Assembly: GCA_009914755.4 (NCBI GenBank)
Contig: CP068257.2
Span: 2,592,001 to 2,656,000, forward strand
Direction of reading: 5' to 3'
DNA length: 64,000 nucleotides
From: the human T2T-CHM13v2.0 reference genome, Homo sapiens
Shown: positions 45,069 to 64,000 of the stretch, in pieces
Numbering within the stretch: position 1 is the first letter of the stretch
How the letters are laid out: each line of letters opens with the position of its first letter
Program-made: the position numbers and the translations under genes
Notes under the pieces: model-generated
Told to the model about the DNA's origin: nothing
The model's input: only the letters and a program-made list of their open reading frames with translations
The model's database searches: none

Positions 45069-48000
45069 ATTTTCTTTTTTCTTTTCTTTTATTAAGTGGA
45101 TACATGGTAATTTCACATGTTGATGGGGTACAATGTGGTATTTTGATACATGACACATTGTTAAAACCTCTCCTCCCTATCTTTCCCAGTCTGGCAACCA
45201 CTCTTCTACTCTCTATTAGATCAGTGTTTTTACATTTCACATATGAATGAGATCATGTGATATTTGTCTTACCGTGTTTAGATTATTTCACTTGCCACAA
45301 TGTCCTCTATGATCATTCATGTTGTCACAAGTGACACGATTTTACCCTTTTTTATGGCCACATGTGCATATGATATAGTTTGGATATTTTCCCTGACCCA
45401 TATCTTATGTTATATTGTAATCCCCACTGTTAGAGATGGGGCCTGGTAGGGGGTGTTTGGGTCGTGGAGGTGGATCCCTCATGGCTTGGTGCTATCCTCA
45501 TGATGTTGAACGAGTTCTCAAGCTTCCTGACTAGTCAAGCAGATGTTGGCACTATACTCCCTGTACAGCCCATGGAACCAGGAGCCAATTAAGTCTCTTT
45601 TCTTATAAATTATCCAATCTCAGATATTTCTTTATAGGAATGCAAGAATGGCCAAATACAACATATATACCACATTTTCTTTATCCATTCTTTCATTGAT
45701 GGACACTTAGGTTGATTCTAGGCTATTGTGAATAATGCTGTAATAAACATGAGAGTCCAGAAATCTCTTTGACATACTGATTTAATATTCTTTGAATATA
45801 TACCCAGTAGTGGGATTGCTGGATTATGTGATAAGTCTATTTTTAATGTTTTTGGAAGTTATATTGTTTTCCATAAAAATTGCTCTAATTTACATTTCCA
45901 CCAACAGTATATGAACATTCCCCTTTCTTCACGTCCTTGCCAGCATTTGTTATTTTTTGACTTTTTCATAAAAAAGCATTCTAAGCAGGGTGAGATAGCA
46001 TCTTACTGTGGATTTGACTTGCATTTCTCTGATTATTAGTGGTGGTGAGCATTTTTTCACCTGTTAGTGATTTTTTTATCTAATTTGGAGAAATGTCTAT
46101 TCAGCTCTCTTGACTATTTTCTAATCCAATTATTTGTATTTTTGCTGTTGAGTTGTTTGAGTTTTCTATAAATTTGGGATATTAACCCCTTATGAAGTGA
46201 ATAGTTTGCAGATATTTTCTCCCATTTTATAGGTTGTCTCTTCACTCTTGTGATTGTTTCCTATGCAGTGCAGAAGTTTTTATTTGGTGTAATCCCATTT
46301 CTTTATTTTTGCTTTTGTTGTGCATGTCTTTTGATGTCTTTTCTAAAAAGTCCTTGCCCAGACCAATGACATATAACATTTCACCTGTTTTCTTCTACTA
46401 GTTTCATAGTTTGGTGTCTTAAATTTAAATATTTAATTTATTTTGAGTTGATTGTTGTGTATGATGAGAGATAGTGGTCTACTTTCATTCTTCTATATGT
46501 GGATATGCACTTTTCCCAGCACCATTTGTTGAAAATACTGTCTTTTCCCCATTGAATGTTTGCAACTTTGTCAAAAATAAGTTGCATGTAAATATGTGGA
46601 TTTATGCCTGGGCCCCCTATTTTTGTTCCACTGGTCTACATGCCTGTTTTTATGCCAATACCATGCTGTTTTAGTTAGGATAGCTTTGTAATATATTTTG
46701 AAATTAGATAGTGTAAATCCTCTAGCATTGCTCTTTTTGATTAAGATTTATTTGGCTATTTGGGGTGTTTTGTAGTTTCACATGGATTTTAAGATTTTTT
46801 TAATATCCGTGAAGAATGAAATTGGAAATTTGATAGATATTATATTGGATTTATAGATTGATTTGAGTAGTATGGTCATTTCAGCAATATTAATTCTTCT
46901 AGTCTGTGAACATGGGATATCTTTCTATTTATTTTAATTTTTAATTGCTTTTATCAATGTTTAATAATTTTCATCTTTCCATGGCTTAATTTATTTTTAG
47001 GTATTTTGTTTTTTTAATAGCTATTTTAAATGGAATTACTTTCTTGATTCCTTTTTCAGATAGTCTGCTATTGGTGTATAGAGATGTTATTGATTTTTTA
47101 TGTTGCTTTTTTATCCTGAAAGCTTATTGTGTTCATTTACTATTTATGATTCTCAGTGGTGTATTTACGGTTTTTTACATATATGATCATGTCATCTGCA
47201 AAGAGGGATAATTTGACTTTTTTTTTCCACTTGGATGCCTTTTATTTCTTTCTCTTACCTAATTGTTCGGACTAGGACTTCCATTACTATGTTGAAAAAA
47301 GTGATTAAAGTGAACATCCTCGTCTTCTTCCAGATCCTAGAGGCAAAACTTTCAAGTTTTCACCATTCAGAATAATGTTGCCTGTGGGTTATCACATATG
47401 GTCTTTATTTTATTGTGTTCTTTTATAACTAATTTGTTAAAAGGTTTGATCATAAAAGATGTCTAATTTTGTCAAAGGCTTTTTCTGCATCTATTGAAAT
47501 GATTATTTTTTATCCTTCATTGTTTAATGTGATGTATCACATTTTATTGATTTACATGTATTAGACTATCCTTACCTCCCTGGGTAAATACCATTTGATT
47601 ATGGTGAATAATCTTTATAATGTGCTTTTGAATTATCATTGCTATAACTGCTGGTTTTGAATGTTTGCATCTATGTTTATCAATGATATTGGCCTGGAGT
47701 TTTCTTTTATTTGCTGTTCTTGTCTCATTTTGGAATTAGGAAATGCTGTCTTCATAGAATGAGTTTGGAAGAGTTCCCTCCTTTTCATTTTTTTGAAATA
47801 GTTTGTAAAAAATTTGTATAAGTTCTTTAAATGTTTTGTAGAATTTGTCAGCGAAAACCACCAAGTCATGAACTTTTCTTTCTTCCTCTATTTTTTTAGA
47901 GACAGGGTCTCACTCTATCACTGAAGCTGGCATACAGTGGTGCAGTCATAGCTGACTGCAGCCTCAAACTCCTGGTCTTAAGTGATCCTCCTGCCTCAGC

Positions 48001-48512
48001 CTCCTGAGTACAAATACACACCACTATACTTGGATAATTTTTATTTTTATTTTTAGAGATGGAGTCTCATTGTGTTGCCCAGGCTAATCTTGAACTCCTG
48101 GCCTCTGGTGATTCTCCTGCCTTGGGCTCCTAAACTGTGAGATTACAGGTGTGAGCTACTGTGTGAAGTCTTTTGGATTTTCCTTGACTGAGAGCCTAAA
48201 TCGCTCCTTCAATCTCATTAGTTGTCATTGGTGTGTTCACATTTTCTATTTCTTCTTTCTTCAATTTTGATAGGTTATATGTGTCCAGAGCGTACGTATT
48301 TCTTCTAAGTTTTTCAATTTATTGGCATATAATTGTTTGTAGTACTTACTCATGGTTCCTTATATTTCTCTAGAGTCTATCATAGTATATCCTTTTTCAT
48401 CTCTGATTATATGTGAATTTTCTCTTTTTTTCTTAGTCTGACAAAACATTTGTCGTTTACCTTTTCTTTTTTTTTTTTTATGGTGTCAATGATATTCTTT
48501 ATTCTAACTTTT
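45069..48512 (-). mobile_element. Old L1 (L1P/L1M type), 3' half, antisense; host of the Alu at 47891-48165 and of the young L1
   Basis: T-rich tail at 45069-45092, 3'UTR reverse complement (ORF 45010-45240 is the typical L1 3'UTR translation), ORF2 reverse complement through about 48470. Confidence 0.8.
47891..48165 (-). mobile_element. Alu (antisense, old subfamily) inside the old L1
   Basis: tttttttagagacagggtctcactct ... ggattacaggtgtgagctactgtg. Confidence 0.8.
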
Positions 48513-55300
<6,788 letters not shown>

Positions 55301-55349
55301 TTTTCAATGCAAAAATAAGAACTAGAAACTTTTTTAAAAACATTTTTAA

Positions 55350-55570
55350 GTTAAATTTACTTTTTATTTATTTATTTATTATGCTTTAAGTTCTGGGGTA
55401 CATGTGCAGAATGTGCAGTTTTGTTACATATGTATACACGTGCCACAGTGGTTTGCTGCAACCATCAACCCGTCATCCACATTAGGTACTTCTCCTAATG
55501 CTATACTTCCCATAGCCCCCCATCCCCTGACAATTCCCAGTGTGTGATGTTCCCCTCCCTGTGTAGGCAG
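55350..55570 (-). mobile_element. L1PA-type 3'UTR fragment (antisense)
   Basis: tttaagttctggggtacatgtgcagaatgtgcagttttgttacatatgtatacacgtgcc ... cccagtgtgtgatgttcccctccctgtgt. Confidence 0.6.
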
Positions 55571-56343
55571 TAGTCCAAAGTAATAACTTATGGAAGATAA
55601 CTTGGGTTTTTTAATCTTAAAGTGTTCTTTTATATATTCAAGGGTCGAGATTGGCTGCCTTGAATTCTACTAAAATTTCAATGTAAGTTTTAGAGAGGGA
55701 GGAAAGAGTCAAAGAAAAAATTGCACTGGAAAAAGTTAAATAAATAAAGAAGATATTATTCAAGCTATTGCAATACGGGAGAGAGGCCAGACCTAGTCTG
55801 ATCTCAGCTCCCCTGATACAAAGGGCCGTGGATTTTTTGAAAGTGAGGGTAAGGGGGCGATCATAGGCCACCTGTCTTTGCTAACTGTCTTTTCTCAAAG
55901 GAAAAATAAACTTTCTTTTATCTTTATGATATAAGGTAATTTTTACAACTTGGAGCAAGATTAGGCTCTTAGTCTCTCATGGATACTGGGAAATAAGGTA
56001 TTATCTTTCTGGAGGACTACATTTGAAAGAGATGGCTCCCAGATCCTTGAAAAAGGAAATTTTCTGCTTACAAATTACACATGCCACTTCTACCTGCATT
56101 TCACTGGCCAAACAAGTCACATGTCTAAATCTGACCCTTCCTTCAATAGGACAGAAATGTATAATCTTCTAGGAGATAGGGCCACTGCAGTAGGAAGACC
56201 AGATAATGGGAGAATGGTAATATAATCTATCGCAATGACCACAGTGAAAACGTTAGTAATCCCCAGGGTTAAACCAAGTCTTCTTGGACACTTAGGTTGA
56301 TTCTAGGCTATTGTCAATAGAGGAATAACAAAAAATAAAGAGA

Positions 56344-57322
56344 ATAGCCCATTTATTTTTTGCAGAGAAGCTAGACAATTCACAGTAACTTATGGCCTAG
56401 ACAATTTTATTTCTTGATCAGCACAACTCTTTATAGATGCCTGTGATCCAAAAATGTGGATTCCTAATCGTCCCCAAAAAGAAGGGATACTCTGCAAGGC
56501 AACCTGGGAGGGAGTTTAGGATTGTTCTGAGGCAGTGAAAGCCATTGAGATTCACATGTAAGAGGGTAGAGAAAGGAAATCCACATGTTTTGATCCCTCC
56601 GTGTGCTGGATATAACTTGGTCTTCATTACATTGCACCACCTTTGGTGTCAGAGAGAACTGGATTTGAATCCCAGTTCCATCACTCATTATGATTTGATG
56701 GTGAATGTGTTTTTAACTCGTCTGAGCCTCAGTTTGCTCATCTATAAAAGATGGGATTGTTATGAGACTTGCATAAGGTAAGTGTTTAAAAATCTGGGAA
56801 TTATCCCTGTAATTTAAAAGATGGGGTTGTGATAAGGCTTCAATAAGGTAAGTGTGTAAAAATCTGGACACAATGTTACTAATTTTGTAGGTTTTCAATA
56901 TATAGAGAAGGAGGATTATTTTCCTCTCATTTAATTTTTAGAACAAGTTTATAAAATTAGTATTGTTCATATTTTTGAGATAATCAAAGGATTAGTAGGT
57001 TTAAATAAATCACCATAGTCACAAAGCAGTTCACAATATATTAACTGGATAATTGCTAGTGAAAAGTAGCAATGATGGTCACATTGAAAATCTTGTGTTA
57101 GGTGGTGGTTTTCTCTTGCATAAGCCTCTTCATTTGTTGATACCATAGATTCTAAGTTTGCTCTATCAAAGTGATCATTAGAAAAATATAAGGTACTTAG
57201 TGTATAAATTTTAGAAAATTTCCTTTTTAGTCCTGTTAGTTTGATTGAATATGTGCATTTTGAATTATGAATATAAATATGAATACGTATGACATATGAA
57301 ATATGACTTGACATCACAGAGT
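56344..57322. repeat. Tandem segmental duplication, copy A (~1 kb)
   Basis: About 85% identical to 58891-60225 along its length (starts atagcccatttattttttgcagagaagctagacaattcac; ends ..gtgatcattagaaaaatataaggtacttagtgtataaattttag..). Contains a MIR. Confidence 0.8.
56645..56876 (+). mobile_element. MIR (mammalian-wide interspersed repeat) with an internal ~70-bp tandem duplication
   Basis: ggtgtcagagagaactggatttgaatcccagttcc..tctgagcctcagtttgctcatctataaaagatggg.. (MIR core). The unit ..aaaagatgggattgt..aaggtaagtgt..aaaaatctgg.. occurs twice. Confidence 0.7.
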
Positions 57323-57539
57323 AACCTTAGATCGTGGTAATGTTTTATTCTGAAAGCACCTGCAGAAATGTATCTTCTTTCTAGTTTCCAAAAAACTCAG
57401 AGGCCATGGGGGAAGAGGGGACTTTGGCTGTCAGATAGTGCATGAGGTACATTAGGATACAGTAATTCCATCATAATTCATATTCATAATTCACAGTGAG
57501 AAAAACTGAAAGTTGCTACAAACTACCAATAAATGAAAG

Positions 57540-58440
57540 GTGGGGCGGGGTCGCTGGGGGGCGCGGCTTTGTGACCTACTGCCTGGACTCCCAAGTCACA
57601 AATGGAAGGGCAGCGCTTGGAAGGAACTCAAGGCCTGATTGGTTCTTCCTAAGCAGGACACGATCTGGTTGGCAGGGCAACCGGCCTTCAGTTGGTGGCC
57701 TTCAGTGGGTGCCTTAAGTTGGTGGCATTTGGTTGCCTTTCCTGGAGAGAGGTGGCAGGTGCTCAGCTCTGCAGACGTGGGGGCAAGTGAAGGCCCAAGC
57801 TGCCTCGAGAAGAGCAGAGGTGCCCCATGGGGACCACGATGACAAGTCGCATGTGCACCAAAGCCAGCCCCCGGCAGGGCCAGCGCAGGGGTTCTGCAGG
57901 GCCGTCCTGTGGCTCTGATATCTATGAATGGGCGGCCAGCAAAGGCACAGGCACCAGCAGAAAGGAGCAGAGACGTCCAGAACATGCTGTCCCCCAATGC
58001 CAGCCCCAAGCGAGGCCAGCTTAGGGTGCGGTGGGCAGAGCCATCCTGCAGCTCTGAGATCCACGAGGTGGAGGTGGAAGTAGTGCCAGGCTCCACTGCA
58101 TTGGAGCTCGCACAATTTGAGCCCAATTTGATTCCGGAGCCATGACCTGTAGCACATTGGCGACCAGAAGACGCCCAAAGGTAGGGAGGCGACAGACACC
58201 GCTTGGCCTCAGGAGCTCCTCTGGCCGTTGCTGAACCAAGGTTCCCCTAGAGACATCCACAGCCTGGGGCTCCTCCCTTCTTCACCTAGTTCCTTTCCTA
58301 GGCCCAGGCCCCAAGCATGAGGACTGGCTCTGCCTGGGGTCTCCATCCCTTCGTCTTTCCCTGTTGCATCCAGCTGGTTTCTTTTCCCCTCCATACCCAT
58401 ATGCCCAGTTCTGGGCCCTCTTCTTCTTCCTAGAGGCTGG
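57540..58440. promoter_or_regulatory. GC-rich, moderately CpG-rich island with GC box and inverted CCAAT; promoter-like, unassigned
   Basis: ggggcggggtcgctggggggcgcggc at 57545-57570, cctgattggttc at 57636-57647, about 25 CpG in 700 bp. The direct-repeat motif ccttcagttggtggccttcagtgggtgccttaagttggtgg lies at 57676-57724. Confidence 0.35.
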
Positions 58441-58890
58441 CCAAAAACTAAGTTTTCAAAATACAAAATGGATGCTACAGATTTCGTTGCTGTAGAGGAA
58501 ATGTCTGACAGCTCTTGTATTTAAATTTAAGTAGCTACACTAGGACTCACAGTTTCATATCTTGAGTTCTAGACCAGAGCTCTCTACCCTAAAGCAACGG
58601 CAAGGGGTTAGAGGTACTCTTCTTGATTCTAATAATAAAAAATGATTTTTTTGTAGGGACAAGGTGTCACTGTGTTGCCCAAGCTGATCTCAAACCCCTG
58701 GCCTCAAGTGATTCACCCAACTTGGCCTCCCACACTGCTGGGATGACAGGCAAGAGCAACCACACCTGGTCATTGGAGGTGCTCTTGCTTTGTGTGTTTG
58801 GGCTAGTCTTCAGACGCAGCTGTCAGTAAGATGCTCCTGCCGTATAGTTATATGTCTTTCTGCACAGATTCAGTGGATCCTGTGATTTTT

Positions 58891-60225
58891 TTACATGGAA
58901 TAGCCCCTTTATTTTTTGCAGAGAAACTAGACAATTCACGTAACCTATGGCCTAGAAAATTTTATTTCTTTATCAACACAACTCTTTGTAGATGCTTGTG
59001 GTCCAAAAATGCAGATTCCTAATAATCCCCACGAATAAGGGGGCCATTGCAAGGCAACCTGGGAGGGAGTTTAAGATTGCTCTGAGGCAGTGAAAGCTAT
59101 TGAAATTCCCACATGAGGGGGCAGAAAAGGGAATCCACATGTTTTGATCCCTCCATGTTCTGGGTGTAACTTTGTCCTCGTTAAATTGCACCATTTTTGG
59201 CATCAGAGAGAACCGGATTTGAATCCCAGTTCCATCTCTCATTATGATTTGATGGTGAATGTGTTTTTAATTCGTCTGAGCCTCAGTTTGCTGATCTACA
59301 AAAGATGTGATTGTCACGAGGCTTCCATAATGTACATGTGTAAAAATCATGGCAAAATGCTTGTAATTTAAAAGAGAGGGTTGTTAGGAGACTTCTTTCA
59401 GGTAAGTATGTAAGAACCTGGACACAATGCCTATAATTTTGTAAGTGTTCAATATATGGAGAAGGATGATTATTTTTCTTTAATTTAATTTTTAGAGCAA
59501 CTTTATAAAATTGGTGATACTCACATATTTGAGATAATCAAACCAAGGATCAGAAAGACTAAATAAATCACCATAGTCACAAAGCAGTTCACAATACATT
59601 TACTGGATAATTTCTAGTTAAAAGTAGCAATGATGATCACATTGAAAATCTTGTATTATCTGGTGGTTTTCTCTTACATAAGCTTCTTGGAATTTAGTAA
59701 GATAAGTTGCAGCTCAAAAAGCAGATCCGTAGAATATTTTGTTCCAGAGATTATAGTGGGAGCCAAAGTATTGCATGAGTTTCGTTGGGAACAAGGTGTA
59801 GGCTGAGAATCTAAGCAAACTTCAGTTGGTGGTTTTCAGTTGGTGGGCAGTGGCAGAAGGAGGAGGAGCTCCGTCTGTGCTCTCTCTTCCCCCAGTCACA
59901 GCCCTCAGGCTTGTTGCATCCAGGCCCTTCTAAGTTAAACCAGACAGGTTGACAGGTTTATTTAGCATTTAGCAGACAAGTCAGCTCAGGGTAGGTGGGT
60001 GAGGTGGGGTGTGGGCTGCTAGTATAGTGCCACACTTTGACCCAGGGCTGCCTGTACCCATGGGGCTATTCCATATATTTTATATATATATGCTTGTTGG
60101 TTTATTAAAACCATAAAAAACATAGATTCTAAGTTGCTCTATCAACGTGATCATTAGAAAAATGTGATGTACTTAGTGTGTAAATTTTAGAGTATTTCTT
60201 CTGTTAGTCTTGTTAATACTCAATT
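58891..60225. repeat. Tandem segmental duplication, copy B (with ~430-bp extra segment at 59690-60118)
   Basis: Colinear with copy A, including the MIR and its internal duplication. The extra block contains cttcagttggtggttttcagttggtgg. Confidence 0.8.
59201..59432 (+). mobile_element. MIR copy within duplication copy B
   Basis: catcagagagaaccggatttgaatcccagttcc..tctgagcctcagtttgctgatctacaaaagatgtg.. Confidence 0.7.
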
Positions 60226-60339
60226 CTTTTCTAAAACACCTAGCCCAAATCTCCATAGGTTTTAATCGAATTGTATTATAATTTGGATTTTCTGGTCTGC
60301 CTATCTTCCAAATAATAAAGTTCTTAAAATTAATTTTCT

Positions 60340-60830
60340 ATTGCTGCCATAACAAATTACCACAACTTTGTGGCTTAAATCAAAGACTTACAACCCTATA
60401 GTTCTGTAGGGAAGACCTCTGACTGTGGTCTTACTGGGCTTAAGTCAAGCTGTTGTCAGGGCTGTATTGCTTTCTGGAGGCTCTAGAGAGAATCCATTTC
60501 CTTTTCTGACTTTTAGATGCTGTCCCTATTCCTTGGATCATGGGACAATCCCTCCATCTTCAAAGCCAGTAAAGTGGGATGTCTGTGACCATTGTTCTGT
60601 AGTCATATCACCTTCTGACTGTAGCTAGGAAAGATTCTCTGATTTTATAGACACATGCAATTAGATTAGCCCCCAAGATAATCAAGGATAATCCCCCTAA
60701 CTCAAGGGTTAATCACATCTCCAAAGTCCCTTTTGCCCCATGTAAAGTAATATGGTCACAGATTCCAGGGACTAGAACATCTTTATGGTGTCATTATTTT
60801 GGCTGTCACAAAGGCAAAGTCTTGGACTTA
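60340..60830 (+). mobile_element. Ancient LTR-type interspersed repeat (MaLR/MLT-like; exact family name uncertain)
   Basis: Begins ctattgctgccataacaaattaccacaactttgtggcttaaa..cagttctgtaggg..ctgggcttaagtcaag..ctttctggaggctctagagagaatcc and ends ..ggataatccccctaactcaagggttaatcacatctccaaagtcccttttgcc... This is a very abundant mammalian repeat signature. Confidence 0.5.
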
Positions 60831-61129
60831 TGCATATCTAGATTTTCTTTGCTTAATTTCAGAGCCTAGAACACATTAGACTCTAAATAAATGTGAATGA
60901 GTGATAAATATTATATTTACAGATTGCTGCCACAATACAATTCTGTCCTCCCACTGGTGGTGGAATCCTATGTACTTTTTACCATCTCCATTTTGCATTC
61001 AGACTAAACATGGCTATGTTATTCCTTTCACCTGAGTGATTTGAAACCATCTCTCTATTTCTATTTGTAGAGATCTTATCTATCAAGCCCTTCTCAAATG
61101 CCACTTCAAAAAACTTTTTTTAATCCCCA

Positions 61130-61520
61130 ATTGTCTTAGTCAATTTATGCTCTTACAACAAAATAACGCAGACTAGGCAATTTACGAAAACCAGACATTT
61201 TTCTGTCATAGTTCTGGAGACTAGGAAGTCCAAGATCAAGGCGTTGGCAGGTCTGATGTCTGGTAAGGGCTGTTCTCTCCATTCAAGATGATGTCTTGAT
61301 GCTGCATCTTCCAGAGACAAGGAACACTGTGTCCTCACATAGTGGAAGGCGGGAGGGCAAGAGGGATGAACTCCTTCCATGGAACCCTTTCATGAGGGCT
61401 CCTAAACCCATTCCTGAGGTAGGAGTCCTGATGGCCTCATCACTTCCTGTAGGCTCCACCTCAACACTATCACATTGTCAACACTGAATCTCGGAGGAGG
61501 CACAGTGAAACCACAGCACC
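61130..61520 (+). mobile_element. Second diverged copy of the same MaLR/MLT-like repeat class
   Basis: ..cagacatttttctgtcatagttctggagactaggaagtccaagatcaaggcgttggcagg..cacatagtggaaggcgggagggcaagag..cccattcctgaggtaggag... The family assignment is tentative. Confidence 0.4.
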
Positions 61521-64000
61521 AATCAAGTATGATCTTTCTCTCCTCAAAAAACCCCTCATATGTTTAGACCTCCCGTGCACTTTTATACATTTTGTCTCAT
61601 GGTTTCTTCCTGTACAAATAAGGTGCTATAAATGGATAGCTATAGTTTTGGGTTTCATTTCAACAAAACACCCTTCCTAGTTTTTTGAACCCCAAGCGAA
61701 ATATGAGGACAGGCCCCACGTTCCATTACAAAAGCAGAAAGGGAATGCATGATCCTTTTTCCAGTTTCTTGGCCACTCACGTGTGGGCACATATCTAGGC
61801 CCAGCCAACTGATGTCTCTTTATTAGAACTAGGAACCCGATGAAATGATGCAAAAGACCTGAAAGAATCAGAGAAGATTCTGAGAAATTGAGCAGAGATG
61901 CAGGTCCAGGAATGTGGCAGCAAGTGCCTAGGTTCAGCAGAGCCCAGCTACATGGTGACAAGTGTCAAATGACAACATCCTAGTGGTGGCATCCAAGATC
62001 TGCTTCCGTCGAATGAACTTGGCTGTGCTGAGTTTCCCTCAGTTCTTACCTTGCTTCTCCAGCATCTTCGAGGATTTTGTGAACTATTCAATATCCTTTC
62101 ATTGAATTCCTGTTTTGCTTAAGTTGTCTAGAATTTGTTATTTTCAGGGAAAAATATAAACCAGTTATCCCCTCACATTAAAACACACTCCACTTAGGCA
62201 TCTCCTGTGATCTCACTGGAGAAAAGTGTGGACGTTATTTGTAATTTGACTCAGAATGATAGGATTAGTTTGGTACTAGTAACAATAGAGATAAGTAACT
62301 AACTTTTTGTGAAACTTCTTCCTGGGGTGAAACAAAATCTATTGTGGAAACTCTTTTCAATCATCTCTGGAAATTTATTAAGTGACCTAGTATATAACGA
62401 TAATTTACCATGATATTTGATAAAATAGTTTTGTGTGTTCAGAATAATTTCTTTTTTCTTTACCTTTGAAAATAATGCATTGATAGTTAATTTTCTCCTA
62501 AATTGTCTGTTTTTATTTCCATAAAAGGTATTTATTGAATGTCTCCTTACTTTTAATATAACTAGGCATTGTGTGATCAAAGAAAAATAAATATGTTCTT
62601 GTTTCTGGAATTACTAAAGCTTTGAAAATGGACTTATCGATCTCAAACCAATGGGACATATTCCTATGTGGTCTGCTCCCCTGTTAGGGTGTCCAGTGTA
62701 AGCGGTGATTCCTTTTCTGTCTTTTTAAAGATTTTAGAAATGCAGCTTCTGCTGTTGGCCACTAGGTGGAGTACTTCAGAGCAGGGTTTGTGGGAGTACA
62801 AAGCTAACTTCTGCTGCTTTTGCTTGATGCTTCTGCAGTTTCCTTGACTACTGTGGATGATAAGTAACCATTTTCTTCCTCTTCTTTCTTTTTGCCCTAC
62901 TCTTTGGAGTGAACTTGAAACATTTAGGAAGTTCATTGATCAACATATACCATGTTTATGAAAATTCGGCTAAGATAATATGGTAGGACTCCTTTGGATA
63001 TAAATAATAGAATTCAAACTCAAACTGGTCTAAGCCAAAAAAAAAAATTAATTTGTGGACTCGTATAATGGAAAAATCCAGGGTATAGCTTCAGAATGGC
63101 TGAACGTAGAGACTCAGGGCTTGGCTCCTCTCCTCTTCCTTGCTTTTTTCTTCCCCATTGATTTTATTCTCAGACAAGTTTTCCCTTTGTGCTGCAATGT
63201 GGCCATCATCACTCCTCCAGTTTACATTTCCTTAGTTCCACAGCCTCAGAATAAAGCAAAAAGAGAAACACTTCTAATAGTTTCAATAAGAGACTAGAGA
63301 TTGACTTTGGGTGTGAGGCTTGGATTTCATGTCCATCTCTAGTTTCATCTGTGCCAGGATTAGAAGTGTATTCACTGGCCAGGCCTGTGTCACGAACTCA
63401 TACAGGGTTTCCACTGTCCACACAGTGCCTTTGCAAGTATTAGAAAATGGCTCCCCTTTCTCCAGTTAGATGCAGCCCTGTATCAGGGCATGTGGCTTGG
63501 GGAAGAGCATGCAGGCTGGATTTCAGCCCCCCTTTCTCCCTTAGCTGGGTTTCTTCCTTGAGTAAACAACATACTTGTTAGTAGCTGTCCTGTGCTTATT
63601 CCTGAAACTGGGGGTGAAATCAGCCCCCACGCCAAAACTGAAGGACAGAAGGTGGCTTTATCTAGGGTCTCAGATAATGGCTAATAACAAAGGGAGGGGA
63701 CAGTGGGTGCTGTGTGGGCAAAAGGAGCAAAAAATAATCCTAACCTGTCTAGACTTCATCTCAGAAGCCATATGCAACCTTCTTCAATGGAAATATTTAA
63801 CACTTCAGGAGTGCCAAGAAGGCTATAAGGAACATATCTCTTAAGGACCTAAGTTAAGGCATTCTAGAATGTATGCTTTATGGATTTACCTTGTAAATAT
63901 ATAACATGGACTAATACACACAGAAAATATATTGCAGAGTAACATAGATGACAGAACTTGAAATACATGACATTCTACCGCAGTCTATCATTATTTTCTA

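Noticed and set aside
56700-56870. Perfect splice-donor consensus motifs (aaggtaagtgt) occurring twice in each MIR copy (also 59395-59415)
   Set aside because: They are part of the MIR internal duplication with no ORF or acceptor context. They are probably only cryptic sites.
57596-58260. ORFs of 61-176 aa on both strands in the GC-rich island
   Set aside because: No recognisable domain or homolog and overlapping frames on both strands, typical of GC-rich non-coding DNA. Kept only as a possible promoter or first exon.

Overview
This window reads as primate nuclear DNA of human or great-ape type, not a prokaryotic or viral locus. There are no operons, CRISPR arrays or rRNA; the only tRNA-like element is a truncated tRNA-Arg-derived fragment. 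More than half of the window is interspersed repeats: about ten Alu copies (several with intact target-site duplications), L1 elements of at least four ages, two MIR copies, one MADE1 MITE and MaLR-type LTR fragments.

The single host gene is a complete nine-exon FRG1-family locus on the minus strand. Exon 1 (36741-36802) sits in a CpG island and the last coding exon is at 14949-14982. The exons translate colinearly with FRG1 as I recall it (MAEYSY.KSTKLVLKGTKTK ... ADRYCK*). The copy carries a 1-bp frameshift in exon 2 and a TGG->TGA nonsense codon in exon 3. Exon 4 appears to have lost its AG acceptor and exon 5 its GT donor. I read this as an unprocessed, duplicated FRG1 paralog pseudogene that keeps an intact-looking CpG-island promoter. 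Which FRG1 copy it is cannot be decided from sequence alone.

Other items worth a second look:
- A very young L1 with a textbook twin-priming inversion and a 565-codon open ORF2 fragment (48513-51576).
- An L1PA element that keeps its complete 5' terminus but has ORF1 cleanly deleted (2695-7085).
- A ~7 kb old L1 broken up by an Alu and the young L1 (45069-55300).
- An L1 3'UTR-type segment embedded inside an ORF2 C-terminus (40440-40850).
- A tandem ~1 kb segmental duplication, each copy carrying a MIR, flanking a GC-rich promoter-like island (56344-60225).
- A 3 x 63-bp tandem triplication (1594-1782) and a ~380-bp CT-rich polypyrimidine tract (341-722).

Gene identity and repeat family names come from my recollection of FRG1 and repeat consensus sequences; no database was queried.
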